Source: Nitrospirota bacterium (GTDB lineage Bacteria; Nitrospirota; Nitrospiria; Nitrospirales; Nitrospiraceae). Taken from it: DNA of 64,000 nt. Within the stretch, counting starts at the first letter, position 1. Each line of letters begins with the position of its first letter. The translations under genes were made by a program, and so were the position numbers. The notes beneath the pieces are model-generated. The model had not been told where the DNA came from, did no database searches, and saw only the letters and a program-made list of their open reading frames with translations. Shown piece after piece: positions 21,024 through 30,015 of this stretch. The stretch covers positions 64,001 to 128,000 of the forward strand of contig CAVPBK010000001.1 in the NCBI GenBank assembly GCA_963701855.1. The letters are read 5' to 3'.

Positions 21024-21069
21024 ATCTCGCTAGGAACCTGTCTGACATTGCCTTCGTTCGGACAGGCTC

Positions 21070-23820
21070 CTATAGAATCAGCTGGCGTCGCATGTGCCGC
21101 AGTTCCGCTTCATCTTCCGGATCAAGTTCATCCCGTTCGATCGGTTCCACGCGCACAGTAGATACCTTGTACTCCGGGCACTTTGAACTTTCATCCGCAC
21201 TCGACGAGAGCAATGCGTTCACCGTTGAAGCAGGGAAATGAAAGCTGGTGAAAAGATGCCCTGGCAGGACTCGTTCACTCCCCACGACAGGAAGCAAGGC
21301 CTCGCCGCGAGCACTCACCACACGAACGATCTCACCGTCACGGAGATACAGCCCTTCCATATCGGCCGGATGCATTTCCAGCACATCTGTATCGACCAAC
21401 TCGAGAATGTCTGTCCGGCGTGTTTGGGCTCCGCAGTTGTAATGTTGGAGAATGCGTCCAGTAGTCAGCACGAACGGATACTCCTTGCTCGCAGCTTCTC
21501 CCGGCGGCAAGTACTCGACGCCGACAAAGTGCGCCTTCCCCTTTGGAAATGTCTCCTGATGCATCAGCGACGTGCCTTCATGCACGGCAGTCGGCACTGG
21601 CCACTGTAACCCGGCATGTTGGTCGAGCCGGTCGTAGGACACACCGGCAAACATCGGCGTGAGCCTCGCAATCTCGTCCATGATCTCCGAGGGATGCTGA
21701 TAGGGCATGGGATAGCCCATCCGATTTGAGACTTCGCAAACCACACGCCAATCCGGAAGAATCCCGTGAGGCGGCTCCACCGCCTTCCTGATCCGCTGAA
21801 TACGACGCTCAAGATTGGTAAAGGTGCCGTCCTTTTCTAGAAACGATGCGCCAGGCAATATCAAATGTGCGAACTTGGCGGTCTCGCTGAGAAACAGGTC
21901 TTGCACCACCAGAAATTCCACCCGCCTCAACGCCTCGTGCACTTTCTTCAAATTCGGGTCGGTCTGCGCCACGTCATACCCGATGATCCAGAGGCCCTTG
22001 AGCCGGCCCGCAATCGCCGCGTCCCACATATCGGGGGTTTTCATGCCGCGCTTCGTGGGCAACGGACGGCCGGTGACGGTCTGATGCAGCAATGCCAGTT
22101 TCGGATCGTCCAAATTCTGGTAGCCGGCGAAGTAGGTCGGGAGGCAACCCATATCAGAAGCCCCCTGCACATTGTTTTGTCCACGCAAGGGATTGATGCC
22201 GGTACCAGGCTTTCCGATGTTGCCGGTGGCCAGGGCGAGGTTACAGAGCGCGATGACCCCATGGCTGCCCCAGCGATGTTCCGTCACGCCGAGACCATGT
22301 ACGCAGAGCGACGCTCTGCTGCTCCCATAGCGCCGAGCCGCTTGATAGATGAGATGGGCCGGCACACCGGTGATGGCTTCAGCAGCTTCCGGCGTACAGT
22401 CCGAGACGGTCTTGAGCCAGTCCTCGACGCCCTCGGTTCTGGCCTCGATGAAAGCCTGATCGAAGAGCCTTTCCTTGGCAAGGACGTAGCCCATCGCATT
22501 CAGCAACGCGACATTGGTGCCGGGCCGCAGTTGCAGATGCAGATCGGCCAGCCGCGCCAGTTCCGTGCGCCTGGGATCGATGACGATCAAGGGCACCCCT
22601 CGCCGATGTGCCTGCTTGATCCTAGCCCCGACCACGGGATGGGACTCCGTCGGGTTCGCTCCCACCACCATAATCAGATGGGCCAGATTGAGATCCTGAA
22701 TGGAATTAGTTGCAGCAGATGCTCCCAATGTTTCCATCATGCCAGTGACGGTCGCGCTGTGGCAGACACGGGCGCAGTTGTCGATGTGGTTCGTCCCGAT
22801 CACGCAACGCATGAATTTGCCGAATAGATAATTTTCTTCGTTCGTGCCCCGGCTGGATGAAATAGTCGCGAGGGCATCCGGACCATGCGCGTTCTTGATG
22901 CGCATGAACTCCTGCGCGACCCTGTCCAATGCCGATTCCCAGGAAATCTCTTCCCAGTCGTTGCCGCGTCGAAGCAGCGGGGCACGCAGCCGATCAGGTG
23001 CATCGTTATAAGTCCAGCCGAACCGTCCCTTCATGCAGGCATGGCCCTGATTCGAAGGCCCATCATCTGCCGGAAGCATCTGAACCACTCGTCCATCCCG
23101 CACACCCGCATCGAACGCACAGCCCACGCCACAATAGGCGCAGGTCGTGCGCACAGTTCTGGTCGGTGCGCCCTGTACCAGCACTGTTTTCTCCGTGAGC
23201 GCGCCGGTCGGACATTCCTTCACGCAAGCGCCGCACGAGACACAGTTGGATGAGGCAAACGCCGCAGCATCACCCATTAAGAAGGTCCCGCCTCCTGCTG
23301 CCGGCCTGGCTTCAAATCCCCGTCCAAACATCGTCAGGGCATGCGTGCCCTGGATTTCATCGCAGGCCCGCACACAGCGCGCGCAGGAAATGCAGGCGGC
23401 GTTATCGAAGGTGAAGAATGGATTCGAGTCGTCGCGCACAGCGGCGCGTTTCATGTGCGCCCCATCGGAATACCGAACTCTATTGACGCCGCATGCGAGC
23501 GCCAGTTCGCGCAATGGCCCCAAGCTCTCCCTGCCTTCAGGTTGTTCAGACATATACAGTTCGACGATATTGTGGCGATGCCGCCTAAGCCGATCGCTCT
23601 CGGTGCGGACGACCATATCGGGTCTGACCGGAGTCGTACAGGAGGCAGGAGTCCCAGACTGCCCTTCAATTTCACAGACACAGAGACGGCACGAGCCAAA
23701 GGGGGCAAGTTGATGCGAGATGCAGAGGCTGGGTATCGAAATCCTGGCCTTCTTCGCCGCCTGGTAAATCGTATCGCCTGGTTCCGCTGCCACAGTCTTG
23801 CCATTGATATTGAGTTGCAT
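21070..23820 (-). CDS. fdsA: NAD-dependent formate dehydrogenase alpha subunit (Mo/W-bisPGD, Cys ligand)
   Basis: 2Fe-2S IPSLC..GSCRLC..ASC, two ferredoxin 4Fe-4S motifs, CAYCGVGC, DNCARVCH, LRGQNNVQG, CPEYKV; start taken at MQLNING. Confidence 0.95.
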   Translation of the reverse strand: MQLNINGKTVAAEPGDTIYQAAKKARISIPSLCISHQLAPFGSCRLCVCEIEGQSGTPASCTTPVRPDMVVRTESDRLRRHRHNIVELYMSEQPEGRESLGPLRELALACGVNRVRYSDGAHMKRAAVRDDSNPFFTFDNAACISCARCVRACDEIQGTHALTMFGRGFEARPAAGGGTFLMGDAAAFASSNCVSCGACVKECPTGALTEKTVLVQGAPTRTVRTTCAYCGVGCAFDAGVRDGRVVQMLPADDGPSNQGHACMKGRFGWTYNDAPDRLRAPLLRRGNDWEEISWESALDRVAQEFMRIKNAHGPDALATISSSRGTNEENYLFGKFMRCVIGTNHIDNCARVCHSATVTGMMETLGASAATNSIQDLNLAHLIMVVGANPTESHPVVGARIKQAHRRGVPLIVIDPRRTELARLADLHLQLRPGTNVALLNAMGYVLAKERLFDQAFIEARTEGVEDWLKTVSDCTPEAAEAITGVPAHLIYQAARRYGSSRASLCVHGLGVTEHRWGSHGVIALCNLALATGNIGKPGTGINPLRGQNNVQGASDMGCLPTYFAGYQNLDDPKLALLHQTVTGRPLPTKRGMKTPDMWDAAIAGRLKGLWIIGYDVAQTDPNLKKVHEALRRVEFLVVQDLFLSETAKFAHLILPGASFLEKDGTFTNLERRIQRIRKAVEPPHGILPDWRVVCEVSNRMGYPMPYQHPSEIMDEIARLTPMFAGVSYDRLDQHAGLQWPVPTAVHEGTSLMHQETFPKGKAHFVGVEYLPPGEAASKEYPFVLTTGRILQHYNCGAQTRRTDILELVDTDVLEMHPADMEGLYLRDGEIVRVVSARGEALLPVVGSERVLPGHLFTSFHFPASTVNALLSSSADESSKCPEYKVSTVRVEPIERDELDPEDEAELRHMRRQLIL

Positions 23821-23847
23821 CGTTTTCTCTCTACGGTCTTTCAGGCT

Positions 23848-23925
23848 GAAAGTCGTCAAGTCTTCAAGTCGTAAGACCTTACCGCTTTTGAGACCTGATG
23901 ACATTCAGACTTTTAGACTTTCTGA
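23848..23925. repeat. 8-bp-period inverted hairpin between fdsB and fdsA
   Basis: AAGTCGTC AAGTCTTC AAGTCGTA mirrored by AGACCTGA TGACATTC AGACTTTT AGACTTTC. Confidence 0.6.
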
Positions 23926-25406
23926 CGCCCCTTGAATTCATTCGGGAAATGTTCAATCGCCGTCAGCACCGGATATGGAGCACGCCCCCCTAACGCGCAG
24001 AGGCTGGTCGCTTTCATGGTCTCTCCAAGATCAGACAAGAGAAGGAGATCCTCCGCTGATCCCTGACCGCTCTGAATCCGTTCAAGAATTTCGCGCCCGC
24101 GCACTGATCCAATCCGGCAGGGTGTACATTTTCCACAAGACTCATCCGCGGTGAAGGCCATGAAGTGCCGCGCCAACTCGACCATGTTCGTCTCATCATC
24201 GTAGACGACGATGCCCCCATGCCCGAGAATGGCTCCTGCCTCGGCAAATGCGTCATAGCAGATAGGGATATCGAGTTTCGATTCAGGAAACAGGCTCCCC
24301 AATGGCCCCCCAACCTGGACGGCTTTGAACCGCGAACCAGGCACCATGCCACCGCCGAATTGATCCAGCACCCGGCGCAACGTAAAACCAAAAGCGATTT
24401 CCACCAGACCAGGCTGCTTCACCCGACCACCAAGCTGCAGCGCCATCGTACCGCGCGATCCTTCAGTGCCGAGTGAGGCATGCCAGGCGCCGCCGTTTGC
24501 CAGAATGTTGGGAATCGTCGCGAACGTCAGGACGTTGCTGACGATTGTCGGTTTGCCATACAGTCCTGATTCTGCCGGGTAGGGCGGCTTCGCCAGCACG
24601 ACACCACGGCGACCCTCCAGCGATTCCAGCAAGGCTGTTTCTTCACCACAGACGTAGGAGCCGGCGCCGACCACCACCTCAAGATCGAACGGATAGTCGT
24701 CGCAGTCCAACAGGTCCGCCTCGCGCGCCTTCTGAATCGCGAACCGCATGGCCCGCACCGCCGCTGGATATTCGTACCGGCAATAGATATATCCGCGCGT
24801 CGCCCCGATCGCCCGCGCACAGATCATCATCCCTTCGATTAATCGGAAGGGATCGCCCTCCATGATCATCCGATCACAATAGGTGCCGGCGTCCCCTTCG
24901 TCGGCATTCGCCACGACATACTTATGCTCCGACCCGGTCTGCTGCGCGACCTGCCACTTTTTCCACACAGGAAACGCCGCACCCCCACGACCTCGTAATC
25001 GCGAGATGCGCACCTCTTCGACGATCGCCTCCGGCGACAGACTCTGGGCCGCTGCCAATCCCTTCAGTCCGCCACGCGTTTGATATTCATCGAGCGCAAG
25101 CGGCTCGGTGATGCCGAAGTTGGCGAAAGTGAAGCGGGTCTGTTGTTGCAGAAACGGTATCCCGGCAACCGGCGTTCCACCCACGCCGGCCACGATGCGC
25201 GGCAAGTCATTCGGCGCTACGTTGAACCAAGCCTCACGCCCGTTGTGCGTATCGCGCTCTACCATCGGTTCCAGAAAAAAAGCTCCACGCGAGGACGTGC
25301 GAATCAGTTGAATCTCAGTACGCTCGCTCCAGGCATCGGCAAGCCCTCCTGCGCCAGCCGCACAGGAGGAGGTATCGTTGGCGAGATAGCAGCGCATCGT
25401 CTTCAT
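23913..25406 (-). CDS. fdsB: formate dehydrogenase beta subunit (NuoF-like, FMN/NADH, 4Fe-4S)
   Basis: LRGRGGAAFP, NADEGD.GT..DR, GAGSYVCGEETAL, ESCGKCTPCRIG, SLCALG. Confidence 0.95.
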   Translation of the reverse strand: MKTMRCYLANDTSSCAAGAGGLADAWSERTEIQLIRTSSRGAFFLEPMVERDTHNGREAWFNVAPNDLPRIVAGVGGTPVAGIPFLQQQTRFTFANFGITEPLALDEYQTRGGLKGLAAAQSLSPEAIVEEVRISRLRGRGGAAFPVWKKWQVAQQTGSEHKYVVANADEGDAGTYCDRMIMEGDPFRLIEGMMICARAIGATRGYIYCRYEYPAAVRAMRFAIQKAREADLLDCDDYPFDLEVVVGAGSYVCGEETALLESLEGRRGVVLAKPPYPAESGLYGKPTIVSNVLTFATIPNILANGGAWHASLGTEGSRGTMALQLGGRVKQPGLVEIAFGFTLRRVLDQFGGGMVPGSRFKAVQVGGPLGSLFPESKLDIPICYDAFAEAGAILGHGGIVVYDDETNMVELARHFMAFTADESCGKCTPCRIGSVRGREILERIQSGQGSAEDLLLLSDLGETMKATSLCALGGRAPYPVLTAIEHFPNEFKGRQKV

Positions 25407-25411
25407 CTATC

Positions 25412-25596
25412 GTAACTACTCAGGTACATAGGCTGAAGGCTTTTAGGGGTTGGGTTTCTTGCGCAACGAGAATTCATCTCTGCTTGAACCCAAGGTCATA
25501 GAAACCGAGAATGTGTTGAATGGCGTGACTCATGCTTTGCGAGATCATTTATAGATTTCACACTTCAGCCTTCAGCCTGAACACCTGAGAAGTTAC
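25412..25596. mobile_element. inverted-repeat-bounded insertion between fdsG and fdsB
   Basis: Left GTAACTACTCAGGTACATAGGCTGAAGGCT; right end reverse-complements to GTAACTTCTCAGGTGTTCAGGCTGAAGGCT. Confidence 0.75.
25447..25554 (+). pseudogene. 3' remnant resembling a four-helix-bundle (23S-IVS protein-like) gene
   Basis: Translates LGFLRNENSSLLEPKVIETENVLNGVTHALRDHL*, matching the recalled family C-terminal pattern LG(Y/F)L...E..K.LNGL..(S/A)L; no start codon. Confidence 0.5.
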
Positions 25597-25599
25597 CCT

Positions 25600-26070
25600 C
25601 TATCTATAGGGTTCCAGCAGAGACGGAACGTCGGAAGGCGTCACTCGCCCACGGAGATCCTCATCGATCATCACAGTCGGCGACACCGCGCAGTTTCCCG
25701 CGCAGGACATCTGTTCCACAGTGAAACGATCTGCCTGTGCACGATCACCGACAGCTACGCGCACGTGATCTTGGATTGCACGGAGGACGCGGACGCCGTG
25801 GTTGGCCGTACAGGACTCGCCCATGCAGACTCGAATAAGGTGCCGACCAGGCGACTGAGTCCGGAGGTCCGAATAATAGGACAGGACCCCGGCAACCTGG
25901 GCATCCGTCACGCCTAACATCTGCGCAATCTGAGGAATGCCACTCGTCGGCACATGGCCCAGAGCAGACTGAACAGCCAGAAGCGTCTTGAGAATGTTCG
26001 GTTTGTCCGGCGGCACAGGGCAACAGCTTTCAAGCGTCTCAGCGAGCTTGGGCTTGTGCCGAGTTGTCAT
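25600..26070 (-). CDS. fdsG: formate dehydrogenase gamma subunit (NuoE-like 2Fe-2S)
   Basis: VQSALGHVP, GVLSYY, VCMGESC...CAGNC. Confidence 0.92.
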   Translation of the reverse strand: MTTRHKPKLAETLESCCPVPPDKPNILKTLLAVQSALGHVPTSGIPQIAQMLGVTDAQVAGVLSYYSDLRTQSPGRHLIRVCMGESCTANHGVRVLRAIQDHVRVAVGDRAQADRFTVEQMSCAGNCAVSPTVMIDEDLRGRVTPSDVPSLLEPYR

Positions 26071-26078
26071 CGAATCAC

Positions 26079-27452
26079 CTAGTCGAGTCCCACATGGGCT
26101 CTGAGCTTGTTATAGTCGAATGAAGCCTGGCCCACGCGCCTGATTCCAGGGTCGTGGCGCTCCATATCGGCAATCAAGGCAGCGACCTGCTCGCGACCGG
26201 CTGCTGAGGTTGCGACGTGACGCGGCATGTGATTCTCCAGCGACGGGCAGGCCCGTTCCGCCCACTCTAAATACAGGGTCTCTAAGAATCCTTTCAAGAG
26301 GGTTCGATCTTCCTCTGCCGAAAGCACCAACGTCAGAGGCTCTTCGACCGCCAACTCCGACTCCTTGAGTTGCCGAGGCGGTGGCGCACAGGTCTCGCCG
26401 CGGAAATGAAGAGAGAATCCGAACGTCGACGCCAGCTTGTGTTTGACGGCATCGAGCCGTTCTTGCGAGTCACACTCTACCCACAACTGGGTCGCAGTGA
26501 GGATCAGTCTTGCAACCACCGCTGATACAAGAGGGCCGGATGCCCCTCGCTGCACGAAGTGCTGCGCATCCTTCGAGGTTGAGGCTCCACCGGGTGGAGG
26601 GACCACCGTTTCACGCTCGAATCCTTCAAGGCCTGCGATCATTTCATTCACGTAACCGTACTCGCAATGATCGTATAGGGCCAAGGCATACAAATAGGGC
26701 TGCCCGCTTTCTGCCACATAGCGAATACTCCCCACGGCATCGAGGAGCGCGGCAAACCGCATGCGCGCGAAGGTCCACAGCAACACATGTCCATAGCGCT
26801 TGGCGAACTCCGGCCAATCTCCGAGTTCGAAGGACCCCGCGGAAATTTCCACCTGCCGCCGATAGTCGAGTGTGGCGTTCAGCAGGCCCTTCCCGTCCTC
26901 ATTGGATAACAAAATCGCGGCGCCGGCGATCACCGCCCGCTCCCACTCCACATCGCCAGGCTCGCGGATCAGCCTCGTGAGAAGCACCTGTCCCGGTTGC
27001 AGTCCCTTGCGGAACGCTCCGTCCGGCACACGATAGACCCGCGCATTTCCTACCGAGCGGAAGACCAGGCGCTGGTCCTGTTCGTCGATCGACAGGAATT
27101 CGGCCAGATCGAGATAGGAATGTTTCAGCGGATCCAACCACTCTCGCTCTTCTTGTGGAATATGTTCCGTGATGACATCGCGCAACTGCTCGATCAACGT
27201 CAGTTGCCCGTTCTGCGGGTAGAAGTCGGCGTAAAGTAAAAGGTTGGCTAATTCCGTTTCCTGCGGCATCGGGAACAACAGCGCCCCTCCCCCGCCCTCA
27301 AAATAGGGCTGGAGGGCAAGCTGCCGTGCGATCTGCCGCTGGACAGCCACCCCCGGCTCCAACGAAAGGGATTCCAATCGAGCGAGCAACGCGTCGAGCG
27401 AAGGGACAAGAGGCACCCAGAGGCCGGCTGTCGTTTCACTCGCGAGCTTCAT
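26079..27452 (-). CDS. conserved hypothetical protein; C-terminus resembles the W...P.L...P...GR..V..LI helical domain seen in SEC-C-associated/DUF2384-like proteins
   Basis: 457-aa ORF tightly packed in the operon (overlaps the upstream gene, 8 bp from fdsG). Confidence 0.7.
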   Translation of the reverse strand: MKLASETTAGLWVPLVPSLDALLARLESLSLEPGVAVQRQIARQLALQPYFEGGGGALLFPMPQETELANLLLYADFYPQNGQLTLIEQLRDVITEHIPQEEREWLDPLKHSYLDLAEFLSIDEQDQRLVFRSVGNARVYRVPDGAFRKGLQPGQVLLTRLIREPGDVEWERAVIAGAAILLSNEDGKGLLNATLDYRRQVEISAGSFELGDWPEFAKRYGHVLLWTFARMRFAALLDAVGSIRYVAESGQPYLYALALYDHCEYGYVNEMIAGLEGFERETVVPPPGGASTSKDAQHFVQRGASGPLVSAVVARLILTATQLWVECDSQERLDAVKHKLASTFGFSLHFRGETCAPPPRQLKESELAVEEPLTLVLSAEEDRTLLKGFLETLYLEWAERACPSLENHMPRHVATSAAGREQVAALIADMERHDPGIRRVGQASFDYNKLRAHVGLD

Positions 27453-27663
27453 GAATTTCTTCCATCACGATGGCTTCAGCATCGAGCCAGTCCTCGAAAT
27501 CGTGTCCGTCTCGATATCCTCGATCTTGCCATAATTCGAACGCCTTCTTCGAAATCCGTTCCCGCATGCCATTCGGCAGCTTGATAGATTGCGGCGATGC
27601 CGCCAAGGGCGAACGCATCGAGGGTTTCTTCTTCACTGTGAGTTTTGTTGCACTCATGATCAC
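27436..27663 (-). CDS. DUF2934 domain protein
   Basis: ERISKKAFELWQDRG..DGHDFEDWLDAE signature. Confidence 0.85.
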   Translation of the reverse strand: MIMSATKLTVKKKPSMRSPLAASPQSIKLPNGMRERISKKAFELWQDRGYRDGHDFEDWLDAEAIVMEEIHEARE

Positions 27664-27674
27664 CCACTCCTTGG

Positions 27675-28634
27675 TTAAATATGCGTCACGGGAGACATTT
27701 CTGTCGGAATCACCTGACGATGGCCTGGTCCAAACTTTTGGCTACGCACCGTGACCACAGGACAGCGGGCTTTTCGCAAGATGGCCTCCGCCACGCTGCC
27801 GGAGATGGTGTGCGAAACCCCACGGCGTCCGTGCGTGCCCATCACGATGAGATCGCAGGGTAAGGTCTGGGCAGCATCTAAGATTGAATCGGCCGGAAAG
27901 CCTCCCCGCAAGCGATATTCTATCGGCATATTGGGATGCTGGTGGGTAGCAACCAGCTCCTCCAGTCGTTTCGTCCAGCTCTCGCGCACATCTTCGCGGC
28001 TCCTGAAATGGCCGAGGTCAAAGTCCAAACCATACGACACCGGCTCCAGCACATGCAGTAGCATCACAGACGCCTTCGCCTGCTGCGCCATCACGGCTGC
28101 ATACTCCAAGGCATCGAGGGAACAATCGGAAAAATCGACCGGCACGAGGATGCGATCCAGCGTGACAGGCATCGAGGGGGCACCCTCTCCCTGTTCGGCG
28201 TCTGCTTGCTCCATTCGCACCGTCAGCACCGGGCAGGGGGCTCCGCGAATGACCCGTTCGGCAGTACTGCCTAACAAAACGTGCGCAAGGCCGGTCTTGC
28301 CCCTGGTCCCTACAACGATCAAGTCCGAATCCTCCGCCTTCGCCGCGGCAATTACCTCTTCACTCGGAATGCCTGTAGCCACCCTGGTCGTGACCACAAT
28401 GCCTCGCCGCTCCGCACGGCCTTTGAGGTCGGCTAACTGCGACGATGCGGTCTTGAGCAAATCAGCCAAATATTGCTGATTGACGGGGTAATCGGGATTG
28501 AGTCCCGGTGGAAACTCTGCAACGCTGAGCACCGTCAAGGAAGCCCTCCACGAACAAGCGAGAGAGCAGGCATAATCTTCCGCCCGCCGGGCCCACCGTG
28601 AAAAATCCGTCGCAAATAAAATCCGCTTAATCAA
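27675..28634 (-). CDS. universal stress protein (tandem USP domains)
   Basis: KRILFATDFS, GTRGKTG....LGSTAE, GTHGRRG....GSVAE; TTG start with GAGGAG RBS. Confidence 0.93.
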   Translation of the reverse strand: MIKRILFATDFSRWARRAEDYACSLACSWRASLTVLSVAEFPPGLNPDYPVNQQYLADLLKTASSQLADLKGRAERRGIVVTTRVATGIPSEEVIAAAKAEDSDLIVVGTRGKTGLAHVLLGSTAERVIRGAPCPVLTVRMEQADAEQGEGAPSMPVTLDRILVPVDFSDCSLDALEYAAVMAQQAKASVMLLHVLEPVSYGLDFDLGHFRSREDVRESWTKRLEELVATHQHPNMPIEYRLRGGFPADSILDAAQTLPCDLIVMGTHGRRGVSHTISGSVAEAILRKARCPVVTVRSQKFGPGHRQVIPTEMSPVTHI

Positions 28635-28663
28635 GGGTGTTGTCTCCTCATATTCTCCAGCCT

Positions 28664-28839
28664 CTAGCAGGCTACTGAAAGACTACTGCAGCACGGCAAA
28701 ACTTCGATAGCCCGCAGGCTGCTCAAAAAGGCCGTCCAGCAAGGCCGCAGCGAGTGAAGGCCCGAGGCGTGCCCTCTGGAGTACGTTGAAGGTCTGAACG
28801 ATGCGAGAACGACGCTGGCGGACTTTTTCAGCAGCCTGC
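28664..28839. mobile_element. MITE-like nested repeat, family 1
   Basis: CTAGCAGGCTACTGAAA outer end, GCAGGCTGCTCAAAAAG inner end, CTTTTTCAGCAGCCTGC right end. Confidence 0.7.
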
Positions 28840-28845
28840 AAATTT

Positions 28846-29274
28846 TTACACCGCCTCCGCGCTCAGCAACAGCAACTCGCCGGTCATGTTCGGATGGATC
28901 GAGCACCGGAACTCATGCCGGCCAGGCCGCGACATGTTGAACCGAATAACCGCATCCCGTTTGGGATCGAGAAACACTCCACCCAGGCCTCGGCCATAGA
29001 CGATCACCCCGTCCTTCTCGACTTGAGTCGGAAGGCCCTCAAACATGGTCGAGCCAAAGTCGTGCCGTTCAGCATCCTCGTTCCTGACCTTAATCACTGA
29101 AGGGAATCCAAGGCGGAGCACCCCCTGCTTGGTCACGAACTTGAAATCCTTGATCGTGACCTCGATGACTTGCTCCGACTGCGAGAACACCGGCTCTGCC
29201 GCCTCCCACCAGAACCCGAACGTGACGGCAAGCACAAGAACCCATCCCCACTGCTGCGCTTTCTGACTTTTCAT
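28846..29274 (-). CDS. exported cupredoxin-domain protein
   Basis: Signal/TM segment, N.D...HDF, C-terminal F.CSIHPNM.G type-1 copper motif. Confidence 0.85.
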   Translation of the reverse strand: MKSQKAQQWGWVLVLAVTFGFWWEAAEPVFSQSEQVIEVTIKDFKFVTKQGVLRLGFPSVIKVRNEDAERHDFGSTMFEGLPTQVEKDGVIVYGRGLGGVFLDPKRDAVIRFNMSRPGRHEFRCSIHPNMTGELLLLSAEAV

Positions 29275-29304
29275 AGATTTCTCCCTTTTCAACACATCCT
29301 CGAG

Positions 29305-29787
29305 TTATCGTTTCGGCGTCGGTGGCAGCGGAACGGTCAACACCGGACAACCCGCGGTCCGCACCACCCGTTCCGCAGTACTGCCGAAAAATATTTTGTC
29401 GACACTTTCCGATCGCCCCCCATAACTGCCCAACACCACCAGGTTGACTTTTTCAATCCGGACTATCTTTGCAATCTCCACAAAGGGCACTCCTTCCGCC
29501 AGCACCCGTGTGATCTTCACGCCCTTGACCGTCTCCGAATCGAGCAACCGCCGCGTATTCAAACGGGCGTGGTGCCGCAGGCGCCGCTTCTGAGCTTGTG
29601 CATCGGACGGCACAGCCAACAACCCAAGGCGGTTGAAGGCCGCAAGGGCACTTGTGTCGATCACATGCAATAACAGCAGTTCGGCCTGAAAGGTCCGGGC
29701 AAGGGTTAGGGCGACGCGGAAGGCTTCTTCTGAACAGACAGAAAAATCCACCGGCACAAGCATCCTGGTACAGAACGGTTCAGCCAT
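29305..29787 (-). CDS. universal stress protein (single domain)
   Basis: LVPVDFS, GSYGG.......FGSTAERVVR.A.CPV; AAGGAGG RBS. Confidence 0.9.
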   Translation of the reverse strand: MAEPFCTRMLVPVDFSVCSEEAFRVALTLARTFQAELLLLHVIDTSALAAFNRLGLLAVPSDAQAQKRRLRHHARLNTRRLLDSETVKGVKITRVLAEGVPFVEIAKIVRIEKVNLVVLGSYGGRSESVDKIFFGSTAERVVRTAGCPVLTVPLPPTPKR

Positions 29788-29798
29788 GCGACCTCCTT

Positions 29799-29976
29799 TA
29801 CCCGGACTATTCATAAATGCCTGCTACGTCGTCCGATCCTCTCGCCCGGCGGGGCTTTTTTCGTGCGGCCTCCTCGACGGACCACAAGTACGCCTCCCTC
29901 GGCCTTACTTGCGAGAAGCCCCGGCGGGCTTCGGTCTCGAACGCCTCGCGACGGCATTCATGAATAGTCCGGGCTA
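29799..29976. mobile_element. MITE-like family 2 element (TIR CCCGGACTATTCAT.AATGC)
   Basis: Near-perfect ~20-bp terminal inverted repeat; internal CCCGGCGGG palindromes. Confidence 0.7.
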
Positions 29977-29999
29977 CGGATTGACTCATTCCCGTTATC

Positions 30000-30015
30000 A
30001 GCAAGGCCGGTGCCA
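30000..30015 (-). promoter_or_regulatory. sigma-54 (-24/-12) promoter
   Basis: Minus strand reads TGGCAC-CGGCC-TTGCT, a full consensus with GG-N10-GC, pointing into the usp...fds run. Confidence 0.8.

Noticed and set aside
22760..22790. Selenocysteine in FDH alpha
   Set aside because: The active site is DNCARVCH with a Cys codon; no in-frame TGA
21865..22827. Long antisense ORFs (here, and 12853-13731, 27751-28479, 39521-40138, 49481-50173, 60311-60994)
   Set aside because: Shadow frames of well-supported genes in GC-rich DNA; no motifs
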